A DNA stretch of 64,000 bases from the NCBI RefSeq assembly GCF_000143415.4, contig NW_003314284.1, positions 1,683,715 to 1,747,714 on the forward strand. The letters run 5' to 3'. A program made the translations under genes and the position numbers. This stretch comes from Selaginella moellendorffii (Eukaryota; Plantae; Lycopodiophyta). Shown here one piece after another: positions 40,601 to 53,075 of this stretch; the stretch's first letter is position 1, and every line of letters starts with the position of its first letter. The notes under the pieces are model-generated. The model was given only the letters and a program-made list of their open reading frames with translations, made no database searches and was not told where the DNA came from.

Positions 40601-43600
40601 TCAACGGCTTCCAGGTGAAAACAAGCCTACTCGACCACCCGGGGCGTTCAAAAAGAAATCAGAATTATCTGTCAAAGATGGACACGTTGCTCTGATGGAG
40701 TAAGTGTGGCTTTTAGCAATTATCTTGCTAAGCTGTTCTTTCCTGTGTTGCAGGTATTGCGAAGAACGTCCCCTTTTACTGAGCAATGTTGGGATGGGTG
40801 CAGTTTTGTCAACTTATTATAGGAAGATGTCTCCGACGGATAGTACAGCCGCAACATTAAAAGAGGAAAGAGGTTCCTGGATTGGTGCAGTTCTTCCACT
40901 TGAACCGGCTGAAGATTCACCATTTTTGGGAAACATTCGCCTTGGAGAAACTCAGTCCTGTCTAGAAACGAATATGTACCGCGCTCCTGTTTTCCAACAC
41001 CGCGTTTCATCGACAGATTTTCTTCTAGTTCGTTCTTCAAAGGGGAAGCTTTCCTTGAGGCGTATTGATGGCCTTCACGTTGTTGGCCAGCAGGTAATTT
41101 TTTTTGTTCTTTTTGAGTCCTGTTGTAACTTGAGTCCTCTTCTCATTAGGAACCTCATATTGAGGTCATTGCTCCTTCGTCAAAAACAGTTTTACACTAC
41201 CTTGGTAATCGGCTCCTAGTGCATGTGTACCGGGAATTTCGTGCAAAAGATAAGCCTGGGATGTCACCACAAATTGGGGCCGATGAATTGATGGCTCACT
41301 TTCCATCGCTTACGGATGGTTTCATTCGGAAACGTTTGAAACATTGTGCCGACTTGCAGGTATTTTAACATCGATGTCACTTCGTTCAACTTGCCACTCC
41401 GTTGCTCGCTTTATGCAGAGAGGACCACACGGAGATATGAGATGGGTTATGCGACAAGGTTATCGCATCCCATCCGAAGAGGAGCTACGACGAATGGTGA
41501 CGCCTGAAAATGTGAGTCAAGATTCTTCCTTAACAATATTAAGTAGCAAATATTTGAATTTTGTCTTTAACAGGTATGCTCTTATGAAAGTATGCAAGCA
41601 GGGCAACATCATCTTAAGAGAATGGGTGTTAATAAGCTGACGCATCAAAATGGTCTTGCTGCAGCAATATGCCAGATACCAGATGTGCCTGTAACACTTG
41701 CCACTGCTGCCCACATAGAGCGGGAACTCCTAATCACTCCGTGGAACTTGACGGCGAACTTTGTAGCTGCTATGATGCAGGTAATGGAACTGTCTGAATT
41801 GCTTTTATGGCATTTTCTAATGATCTCCAACAGGGTCGTAATGGCATTGAGAGACTTGAGATTATAGGTCCGGGTGATCCGACTGGTCGAGGCCTTGGCT
41901 TTAGCTACATACGAGTGGCTTTACGACCGCCTAACACTGGTGCAATGGTCGAGAAGAAGGCAGCTGCTGCACGAGGTGGTGGTGCTGTTACGGGCACTGA
42001 TGCGGATTTGCGTCGGTTAAGCATGGAAGCTGCTCGAGAGGTAGGTTTTCTTTTTCCCTTTGTTTGTTTCCTAAATGACTGTTGTGTGCTTTTTCAAGGT
42101 CCTTCTGAAATTTGGCGTACCGCAAGAGGAAATAGATAAGTTAACTCGATGGGATCGAATTGCAATGGTCAGAACACTCTCTAGTGAGCATGCTGCTGCG
42201 GGAGAAGCAACAGGAGCTGCAGCGTTAAACAAATTTGCTCGTGGTAATCGTCTTCCGTTCGTCCAGTTACAACAACAAGTTCGAGAAAGGTGTCAAGAGA
42301 TATGGGATCGCCAAGTTCAGAGCCTTCTTGCTATTGATGGTGACGAGTCCGAAAGTGAAGGGGAAGGGAATGGGGACTTGGACTCCTTCGCAGGCGACCT
42401 AGAAAATCTTTTGGAGGCGGAAGAGGAAGATGACAAAAATGTTGCAGCGAAGAAAGACAAGAGGGAAGGACTTAGAGGTCTTGGTGCTCGTCGACGTGCG
42501 TTACAGGCTCAGTTAGAAGAGGACATGGAGGACGAAGCTGCGGAAGCTGCTGAGCTGCACCGAATGCTGATGGAAGGTAATAACTGACTAGAAATGTTTA
42601 TTCTGATATTAACTGGCTTCCTTGTGCAGACGATGAAGCTGAGGAAGACGAGAAGCGAAAGAAAGCAGCGATTGCGAATGCAAGTTCAAATGGAAACGCA
42701 CCAGTTGCGACTCCGGCGCCTCCTCCTATACAAGCCCTTCCTACACCTGCAGCTACAGGACCCAAGAAGAAAAGGAAAATCCTCAAGCGGATCATCAAGA
42801 TAAAAAACCCGGATGGAACGATTACGAGGAGGGAGGAGATTATCAAAGACCCCATAGAGGTAAATATTGCTGACGAACTTCGGTTACTAAGTATTCACTT
42901 TTATGCAGATAGCTAAGCATCTCGCAAAGAAGAATGCTGCAAACGGTCAAGCGAAGGTTAGCAAGGTTACATTTGAGAAAACAAAACCAACTATTAAGAA
43001 CGTGAAAAAGACGACAGTGGCCAACGTAATAATCTTTTTTTCGATTGAGAAGATCAATAATTGGGTTTCATTGCAGAAAAATTTGGGCACTTCGAAAAGC
43101 CGAGACGCCAAAGAAGGCTTGCAAGTCGTTTGTGGAGGTTGTGGCCAGGTACTACTGTCTTTTGATATTGGAATCTTTTAACATTCATCTCATGGCAGCT
43201 GGGACATATGCGTACGAACAAGAAGAAGTGCCCGCTTTATTTGGATGAGGCAGGTGGCGCGAGGCCTGAGGCTGAATCTGCGCCGGATCGTCCAGTTCAG
43301 AGAGTAACTATAAAGAAGAAGAAGATTGAAGACCTTGACAACAAGCCCGTTGGTGAGACTCCCAAGCTTCGCGTCAAGTTCAAAAATCCGAACGTAGAGC
43401 CGGGGCTCCAAAGTGCAAAGAGTAGCTCCAACAGTTTAATTCGACCAGCGGAACAGAAAGCCGCCTCAGAACCAGTTGTTAACGGCCACAAGCCCACGGT
43501 CGTGAAGATAAAGATCAAGAAGCTTGACCCCGCGGCGGAGCCAGTATTACAGCAACAGCCTGAGGCGGAAAAGGTGATGGAGCAACCAGCCCAGCAGGAG

Positions 43601-44713
43601 GAGATGGACGTGAACGAAAGAGCAGCAGATCCACAAGTCAAGTCCGAGGTGGACAGGGCGCCTGAGCAGGAGGTGCGACAACATGCCACAACAGAGCAAC
43701 AGATGGAGGTGGATAGGAAGAGACAGGCGGAGAAGGTCCGGGACGCAGATAGGAAAAAGAAGAAGCATAAGATTAAGGAACACAAGAAGGAGAGACAAAA
43801 AGACAAGTCCGAGGACTTGGAAAGGAAGATGGAGGAGAGGCGGTTGCAGGAGGAGAAGGCGAGGATACTCCGGGAAATGGAGGAGGCGAGGCTGCGTGAG
43901 GCGGAGGAGAGGAGGCTCCAGGAGGAGAGGGCCCGGATTCTTCGAGAAATGCAGGAAGCTCAGGAGCGGCAGCTGCAGGAGGAGAGGGCCAGGATCATGA
44001 AGGATACGGAGAAGCAGCGTCAGTTCCAGGAGCAGCAGCAAAAGAAGGTCCGGGTGATGCAACCCCCGCAGGAGACGAGGAACACCATTGTCATTAAGAA
44101 CCCCGGCAGGAAGAATGTCAAGAGACGAGAGATGTCCGGACAATTCGACTATCAAGATCGGACTCCGAAGAGGCAACGCAAGCGAGGCGGAGGAGAGGTA
44201 CGTCCGTTTTCCGATTTCGCAGAGAAGTGAGTGACTTAAGTTTTTCGTGTTTCCCAGGTTGAGCTGGCCAATATCCTGGAGGAGATTGTGCAGGGGCTCA
44301 AGGAGAAGGAGTTTTCGAGATTATTCCGGAAGCCTGTGACGAAGAAGGATGCACCCGACTACCATTTGGTGATATCGACACCCATGGATCTCTCGACGAT
44401 GAGAGACCGGGCCCGGAACCTTTTTTACAAGTGCCGGGAGGATTTTCTTGCGGACATGCACCAGATAGTGGACAACGCTCACACATACAACGAGAAGCGG
44501 AACCCGGGGATACCCCCTCTGGCGGACCAGCTCTTGGAGAAGTGTGAGGATCTGCTAGAACTTAGGCACTCGGAGCTGAGCGAGGCGGAGGAAAGGATGG
44601 GAGAGGAGGACGGCGGCGGCGGTGGTGGCGGAGGACAGGTCCAGGTGATCGGCGGCGGTGGCGGTGGTGGTGGTGGTGGTGGCGGCCGGAAGCGGAGCTT
44701 AAGAAGTCTGTGA
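37680..44713 (+). CDS. TAF1: TFIID subunit 1 (TAF1/HAF), many exons
   Basis: TBP-binding MLGFMFGNVDD.GDLD; FNISNDKYY; embedded ubiquitin-like domain; KDGHVALME/YCEERPLLL; ITPWNLT; GDPTGRGLGFSY; Zn knuckle CGGCGQLGHMRTNK; C-terminal bromodomain FRKPVTKKDAPDY..NAHTYN. Confidence 0.96.
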
Positions 44714-45084
44714 AGCTTCTGGATGGATCACAACCTCCATCTCTATTCTTTTTTTCTTCTCTTCTTTATATCATCCTGACGACCTGTTTGTTTTTTGCCG
44801 CTGCCTGTAGGTTGTACAAATTAACCATTCTTTTTGTGCATATTGTGCCATACTTTTCAGGAAAGAGAAGCTAGCCAAAGTGTCTGATTTTCGTTAGAAA
44901 GGTTGGATATATATCTCAGCATGCAATATATTCTGGCATATTCGGATCTTATGAAATAACATTTCAAATATACTTACTATATTCCTGTACTATTCCACCC
45001 TGGAAAAGGAGAGAAGGGGTCTCCATATTTTTTAGGTTTGTAGGAAGTATATAAGAAGACCTTTGAGAGAAGGAGGCGATTGTC

Positions 45085-47134
45085 ATGGAGTTTGGGTGGA
45101 CGCCGACAAAGGAAAGGTCTCACGCGGTGGCATGGGATCCGCGCGTGAGCGTCATCTTGGGCGATTGGTTCCAAAGCAGCATAGGTACCGGATTGCTGAG
45201 AGTGGTGGCAGGGGCATTCCAGCGCTTTGGGCTGGAGCTGGATTACTCACCAGGGGCGTCGTGGTTCTACGATGGGGATGGGTCGACTGTGTCGGAGCTC
45301 AAGTGGAAGATCTGGACTGTGGCCATCGCCCACGTCCTCCGGGTTCCCATCCCGGAGGTTTTCTTGCACCTCTTCATCGCTGCCGATTATTTCACGCGCC
45401 AGCGAGGTCGCCTCAACGAGCAACGTTGCGGTGACCGGACAGTGCTGAGCTTGGTGTTCCCTTGCTGCTACGCTGTACGAAAGCTTGAAAAGGTGAGTTC
45501 TCGAGATTTCTTGTGGCAAAGCGGTAAAGAGGAGCTTGTTTCTCTGGTTGCAGCTCAAGGTTCACTCGCCAGACACTGAAGCGATGGCCTCACCGGAAGG
45601 AATTTCATGTATGGCTTCTCTCTCTTTTCACTAGTTTCTTTCTAACTAGCCGCCTGTGCAGATCTTGTGTCGCTCTTGTCCAGAGTTCCTTGTACTCTCT
45701 CGACGCGAGCATGTCTTCTGGATGCCATGCGCCTGTTTGATGTGACCAAGCCACTCACCGTGCTCTTCTTCGGGTGGCTGCAGCTCCAGATCCAAACAAA
45801 GAAGCAGCCGCTCGAATGGCTCGACGCCTTCGAAGCTCAAGCCAAAGCTGGCCTCGGGGGGCACCTGGGCAACCTCTTGCTCTTCTTCCTAGACGCCATG
45901 CGATCATACGGGCTTAAGGGTCTCGTACTGCCATCCACGAGGGGCATCAAGAGGATCTATAACGTGTGGTTCAAGGAACTCATGGTAGAGTGGGAGTCGA
46001 TCGATCTCACCCCCGGCGTCCGCCAGGTGTTAGAGGTAAACTCCTTGCCTCGATTTGCAAAACAGAGACACTTCTTCCTTTTCTTGTGCAGGAGGTAGTG
46101 ATACACAAACCTGTCGAGTGGGACGATAGCATTCGTGTGAGTCTGGAGCGCTGGGTTCGAAGGTGCTCGCTCGTTTACCAGTACAGGCCCCGCGAGGTTT
46201 CATACTTTATGGACTTTACGGATGCAAGCTTGCAAATCGGCCGTTTGCTCTACACTTGGACACTCACAGAGAAGGGGAAGCGAGACCATGCCGAGCTCCA
46301 GACGCTGTGCTCGACGAGCAAGTCGATCGTGGAGCACGCACAGTCGGTAACAGCAGGAAGCAGCGAAGAGCGCGAGCTCTACCGTGCCGCCGCTGCCGTT
46401 TTCGGCAAAGATTTTAGCGGCCATTTCGCGCAGCTGTGCAAGAACGCGCAGTGGCAGGATGGGGCGGTCCCTTTCTCGCAATCCGAGCTGGGAGAGATAA
46501 GGGAGCTGGCATGGAGCGGGCAGTTTTTGATCTTCAACTTCCAGTACACAGTTCCGGAGCATTACTTTGACGGCGGCGCTAAACAACTGAGAAGCGATGT
46601 CCCGGTCGGTGCCATGATCGTCTACATTGTTCACGTGAGCAGTCTCTTTGGTTTTTTCTTTTTCTTTGGAATGTGTTTCTCATTTCTTCTTTTGTTGCTT
46701 TGCGCAGCTAATATTTGAGGATCATTTGGCTCTAGACATTGATCGCAAAACGTGGACACAAGAGTGTGAGTGACATGAATTATATTTGCTGTTTACGTAC
46801 TAAAGCTGTTTGTGCAGGCAAGATGGCTCTAAATAGTCACCCCAATCTTGCTTTAATCAAGAACCAGGGAGGCATTTTCATTCCATCAGATGCGACTAGG
46901 AAGACGTGTCTAATCGTTAAGAAGTGGGTAGAGTCTCCCAGATTACAAAGGGCCGTGAGAGCCAGCGCTGGTGAAATAGACGATGCTATGGTCAAGGCGA
47001 TTGCAGCAGGTGGCACATATTATGACGAGGAACGCAAAGATGTATGGGCAAGAATTTGTAGGGTTTTCAAAATGAGTCATGAGAGGCTCTCACTACATAT
47101 TATAGCATACTCAGTTTTCAAAGAAATAGTTTAA
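45085..47134 (+). CDS. Unknown protein, ~580 aa, 6 exons (orphan A)
   Basis: Approximate exons 45085-45492, 45554-45608, 45662-46035, 46092-46634, 46708-46765 and 46819-47134 join through GT-AG sites with compatible phases and no stops. No family recognised. Confidence 0.7.
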
Positions 47135-47240
47135 GAGTATGCTTAAATTGTATAATAAAAGATAATCTGTAAGCAAAACCAATATACCACGAATATCCAA
47201 ATATATGACCTCAATCAGAACGAAACCCTAAGAAATTAGT

Positions 47241-48992
47241 ATGGAGAAGCTTCTGGAGGTGGAGTGCAAGGATGCGAGGTCGGGGCTGCGTAGGAAATCA
47301 GCTGGCGAATGGGCTGTGCTGCTCCATCTCCGAAAGGCGCAGCAGGAAGTGCGTTTTCCAGCGCTGGGGGACGAGAGTATGTCAAGAATCGTGAGCCTTG
47401 CCGAGGAGGACCTCCGCGAGGCCGAGTGCGCTCACGAGGCCATGACTGTGTGGAGATCAGACTGCTGGCTCCCGTTTGCCTACGATGCAGAGCTCTTCAA
47501 TCTGCTGGCCGTGCTCTACATCTCGCGCTGCCTCTCAAACAACCACTCCGAGTTCCAAGCCTGCCTAGCCCATCTCCATAAGACAAGCTCCGATGATCTA
47601 CAGCGTCTTGTCTGGATCGGCCAGGTCCTTGGTGAATCTGCTTTCCTCGAGGACGATTCTCCGGCATTTGCTACGGTGGAGAGGATTTGGACGACGAGTC
47701 CATACGAGTCCATGCAAGTCGGGTAAGCTTGCAAACTTCCTCGATATCGTATCGATGTCTAACTTTCTTTAGGCCCACGTCCACGAGTGTCACTGACGTA
47801 GTGACAGAAATCATCCATTCGAATTACTTTTGTTCCTTTCCAAGTCGAGTCGAGGTATGTCGGACTGAATCGATCGACTAAGCTTCAATTGCTTGGGCAG
47901 GGTCCAAACTGTGCCACCGCTTTGGTTTTTATTAGAAGTCATATCGAGGCTCGCGAGGATGGGTCTGGATGCGTGAATGAGTTGCGCTGCCTTGAGGATG
48001 AAGTGGTGGACTGCTACAAGAGGGAGAGTGTGGTTTTGGGCAAGAAAGAGTGGGAAGAGTACTTTCGGCTGGGGTCGCTGTTATCAGTCGCGAATTGGGG
48101 TGGCCTTAGCTCCGGACAGGGCAAGAAACTGTTGTCCGCCATGCACGACGAGCAGGGGAGCGGTCTTTTGGCTAGTCTCTGCACGCAAAAGCCTCCCCAG
48201 TCGGCATTCCTCTCCCACTTGTTTGCACTGTTCGACTGCGCAACACACGCGAGGCTTTGGCTCTGCAAATCCACTCTCCCTGTCTACTACGCCTTCAGCA
48301 AAGTCCAGTGTAAGCCTCGTACAAACCTCACGTCTTTGCATCCGATCTATTACTACGTTTTGCAGATTGCAATGTTTCTTGTTCAAACACCGAGGAGGGA
48401 CGTCAAGTTCTGGTCAGTTGAAACCAAAAACCTTGTTTTTCTGTTGCTCATCTGCCGTTTCACTACAGGCGTCACCACTTGGCTTTCAGGAGCGTGTTCC
48501 ATCATATATTGAGCGACGTCAAAGATGGGACGCCATACGTGCCCACAGTGACGTGTAAGCGTTTCTTTGTCGAGTCCCATGAACTGTTTATATGCTAATA
48601 ATTCATGATGCAGAATCAAGACGGGAGAATACCCCTTTGTCTTGAGTATGAGAATCCCCGTCTGCCACGTTCTTCGAGTTCCGGTTGTTGTCTCCAAGCA
48701 CCAGGACGTGGATCTTGTGGACAATCACGATCTTGCCGTCTGCTTAGACCATTTTCTGTGGTTTGAATCGGTTCCAAGGCTCAATTTTCTCTTTTTAGCG
48801 GGGGGCGTGTACAAGTTCACGGACAAGGAGCGCACAAAGATGCTTCTTGTTGATCAAAACGAGCTTCAAAAGTACTACAGTGTGCCCGAGTTTCTCAAGG
48901 TGAGATCCGGGTGGATCTTAGGGCGAAGAAAAAGAAATCAAGAATTTAGACCTTCAAAAAGCTCGAGTTCAGAATGCCGTACGGACGACTGA
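47241..48992 (+). CDS. Unknown protein, ~490 aa, 6 exons (orphan B)
   Basis: Phase-compatible GT-AG splicing links ORF pieces MEKLLEV..QVG/PTSTS..RVE/GPNCA..KVQ/YCNVS..QVL/ASPLG..SDV/IKTGEY. Telo-box AAACCCTAA at 47223-47231 just before the ATG. Confidence 0.68.
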
Positions 48993-49966
48993 TGCTGGCG
49001 ATCATCAGTTTTGTATAGTGCTAGATGGAAGATCTTCTCCACCCTGCTTCCCTGGGTGTAAAAGTTGATTGTTAAAGTTTGCTAAAGATTTAGTTATTTA
49101 TTTATTTTCCTCATCTCGACGAGATTCCATAAGCATAGATCAGATCCTTGCTGCTCATCGACGTTCTGCCTTAAGAAAGACTTGACAGGCGCACCAGTTG
49201 CTGCTCACGGCGTTTGCGAACCATGAAGGAGCCAAGATAGATTGAAGGTCTACGAAGGCTTGCTTAAACTTTGCTAACACAGCGGGAAGCAAAACCAGGA
49301 AGTTTATACTCGTCCGTGCTGTTGGTGTTTTGAAGCGCTGAAAAAGCTAGCTTAGATCGTTTCTCTAATCCAAAATGAAACTTTACTTGCTCTATTATTT
49401 GGCAAGTGCACAGTCCAACAATGAGATCTGCACGGGTCGAAATCTCTTGTGAGCCCACGCGACAAATAATGTGGTACTACTTCCTCCTCTTCTTTTCCTT
49501 TTGCTCAGTCACTTGCACAGGGCCAATTACAAGCGTAGACTGTGGTGGCGTCCTCGACACTTGCTATGATCCTAGACTCAACCGCGACACTGTTTGGGAT
49601 GTGCGGACGGCGGACAATCCCGTCCCGGGATTGGGATGATTGAAGAGATGTCAGCTGATTTGCTTCAAATGTAGCATAAAATGAAGATCTTTAAAATTTC
49701 TTAGTCTTATTCATACATTTTTCGGAAGAGTTTCTTGGGGAGAAACCGAGGCTGGGTGGCGCAATGGCGTGCACTTGAGTAGCTGCGCCTCGTCTTTGCC
49801 CCAAGCCTTGGATTTCGCATGATTCTCAACTTTGAGATTATGAACATCACTTTTATTTTTTCTGTTTATAGCAAATCAATATTTCTATACTTTAATCCCG
49901 ATGGATGGCACGAGGTTTCCATCTCAAACTCGGGAGAGGACAAAAACTAAAGAGAGAGGTTTCCTT

Positions 49967-51060
49967 TCAAAACTGTTCTCCACTGAAAGTCTGGCCAAAG
50001 CTCCACCCCGCCGGTGCGACGTTGAGCGACGTGACCGCTCGATTGTCACTCGTCACGACGCGGAACGAGAGGCTCTGCCCGATGAGCCTGCTATCGCTCT
50101 GCCAGTTTTGGCCCCAGTTCCTCGACAATGGCTGCCAGTCGCCGCTCGGCCCCTTGATCGACACGGCTCGCACGTCCCCGGCCCCTCCAACGTTGCTCAC
50201 GAGCACCAGCATGAAGTATTTGTTCCCGTTGAGCGTGAAGTGGATCCCTCCCTTCTTCACGCAGCTCACCCTGCAATATAGAAAAGAAAGAGAAATCAGT
50301 AAAGAATAGAATCTACGTGCGTGCATAGCACAGCCAAGTAAAAAAGAGAAAGAAGAAAAGAGAGAAAGAAGCGAAGAGTACCTTCTGTATTGGACGGGAA
50401 CAATTCCTCCTCGGTAGATGCCAATCTGTTCCCATGCTGGCTGGGCCATGTCGAAGTGCTCCAAGGGAGGATTGCACCAGCCGCCATTATCGTTGGCCTG
50501 AGCGTAGTTTGGAGGACAGAAGTTCGTGGCTGTCACCGTGACGGAGGCTCCAGCTCGGCACCACTGCGGGTCTTTTGCAGCGTTGCACTTAATCTCGAAG
50601 CACGCACCGCAGCTCAGGCCCGAATTGAACAGCACGGTACTCAATGCCGCCGTGTTGGTGCCGTATCCTTGGCTGTAAAGGTTGCCATACCCGCAAGCAC
50701 CTCCTGCAAAGTCGTAACGAAGATTGTTTTTAAAAGATAAGCTAGAAAATGGATGAAAGGTTTTACAAACTTGGAAAACCCAAGGTGCATACCCATTGTG
50801 CCTGAAGCATCGCTGCCACCGTAGAAAGTTGCATGTGCATCCGTCCATTGCTGAGCGAGTGCTTTTCCAGCGTGAACTGCGATCACCATTAATGCCATAA
50901 CAGCAGCAGAAGCTCCAGTGAGGCGTTCCCTGCAGAGGAGAAAGAGAAAAACAAAATGAGGAACTGTTAATGTTGGATCCAGACTATAAGGCCTAGCATG
51001 CGAGGAGCTGCAGCTAGATAGAAAACACGTAGCTGCGATCTCTTTTCATTTTACTCACAT
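49967..51060 (-). CDS. EXPA: Alpha-expansin
   Basis: [58 protein letters not shown]. Start is either the split AT^G (51060-51059 plus 50929) or the ATG at 50898. Confidence 0.96.
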
Positions 51061-53075
51061 CTCTCTTCGTTCTTCTCCCTCTGACTCGTGTGCCTCCCAA
51101 ACAACACACACAAGCCAAAAGCAGGCAGAGGCTGAGCTTCGGCGGAGACGATGATACACACAGGCTCATCTCTCCTTGTACGCTATAGTTTTATAGGTGA
51201 AGAGTTTACACACACACACCAAGTTGGCCGTTGCTCGATTGGAGCCTTCCAACCGCCTCGTTGCAACTTGATTGCAAGAGAACACGCGCCTTTTGTGACA
51301 CAAGAGTCTTCGCTGAACTTTCTTGTGATCCACTTAGCTCAAGCACACAATATCAGATTGACCAGCCAATGCAAACGCATTAGACGACGCAGTGACCAAC
51401 GGACAAAGAATCCTGACACAAAAAGAGAAAAGAACCACAACGTACGTAAGAGTTTCTTGTGGTACCACGGTAGTTGCAGGGGTTTCCCCATTTTTCTATT
51501 CTTCCCCGGCTTGTACACAGGCAAGACAAGACTAGACTGTTCATGCCATATGCTCGAACATGATAAAGAGTCAGGCCCGGCCCCAGCCCTCGCATTGAAG
51601 TGCGAGATAGAGAGAGAGGGACCTCAAGCTTGATTGTCAACCGGAACAAATCGGGAAGCTTCATTTAAGTTTGCCCAGAGAGGCAACCATGGAAAAAAAA
51701 GAAGAAGAGGAAAAAATTATAAAAAAAACCAACGACAAGCATCTCTTCAATGCCGACTACGTAACACCACACTTCTACTACAGTCTGAGTAGCAGGAAAT
51801 TAATGGCGTCGACGAAGAACACAAGACCGAGCAAAAGACGTTTGAACAAACAAAACAATGCAACAGAGCGGAAAAACAATTGAGAGAGAGATTTTTCTTC
51901 CTGGGTTTCCGCTATGGGCTCAATCTCAATCGCCGCAGCGCAGCACATGCTGCTGGGAAAAATTAAAAGCACCAACTGTGGATCAGTTGCAGAACCGACA
52001 CACCGAAAAAAGAGAGAGGAGACAGTACAGTACAGGAGCAACAGCAGGAAGATCGACCGATCAGAGCAACAAACAATGACAATTTGACAATGCCAATGCC
52101 GCTGGTGATAAGGTAAGAAGGGCGAAAGCCACACACACCTTTAAAAGCGCGCCCGGTAGAAGAATGGTGTGGGATTTGTTGTCGCCATCAATCCTTGCAC
52201 CAAACAAAAGCGCCAGCCGCGGCAGCGCGGCCAGAGTGCGGCAGCGCCCAACAATTCCAACTTGCAACCAAAAGGGGGAGGCACCGATTTGAATGCCGCA
52301 CATGGCGCCATCGCCATCGCCATCCCTAAGCAATTGAAGAACCCTAAATCCCTCCCAGGATTCGAGCGCCAGACCGACAGAAATTTAAAACTTTTCAAGC
52401 CCACGACCGCCAAAAATTTAAGATTCTACTTCTTTGTAGATTACCACTCCCTGCATTGGCAGAGGATTTTACACACTGACTTTATAGTAGCTATTTTTTC
52501 TTCTTCCTTCTTCCTCCTCCCGGTAGAATTTAGGGTTCTTGGGCGCGAGCGAGTGATTGCCAATTTCGCCCAATTGGATTGGCCAAGTACCAGCAGACAT
52601 AATTGATCTACAAATTTCAGGGAGTCAGGCACCGTTTGTGGACCTTGCAACTTACTCTGTTGTCCGCTAGCTACCACACACACATTGGCACACACATTGG
52701 GCCACTCCTCACACAAACGCCCACACACTTTTAAACTCTCCCTCTCTCACACCCACACATGATCTCTGCTTGCTCGCTCCCCATATAAAAGCCCAGCGCC
52801 TGGGGACCAAATCACCATCGTCCTCTCAAATCAATCCTCTTCCCTCATTCATCTCCCCCTCCTCGGCCTTCTTTTCTCTTCTTTATCCTTGTCAATCAGG
52901 CTACGGTATACTCTTCCTTTGATTATAATTCCTCTAGATCTCTGGCCAGCGATCTTGATTGAGCGATCCGGCCGGGACAGAGAGCGAGAAAGATACAGAG
53001 GGCTTCCTCGCATCTATTTAGCCGTCAACCATCATCTGCTTCCACCGCTCCATCAAAAGAAATCTTGTTCCAAGA

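Noticed and set aside
41512-41573. TTCCTTAAC (U12 branch-like) in a TAF1 intron
   Set aside because: The donor is U2-type GTGAGT and the motif is too far from the acceptor.
43297-44176. Hydrophobic minus-strand ORFs
   Set aside because: Antisense to the Glu/Lys/Arg-rich TAF1 exon.
51151-52730. Short ORFs between the two expansins
   Set aside because: Promoter-like low-complexity DNA with no coding signature; no convincing miRNA hairpin seen by eye.
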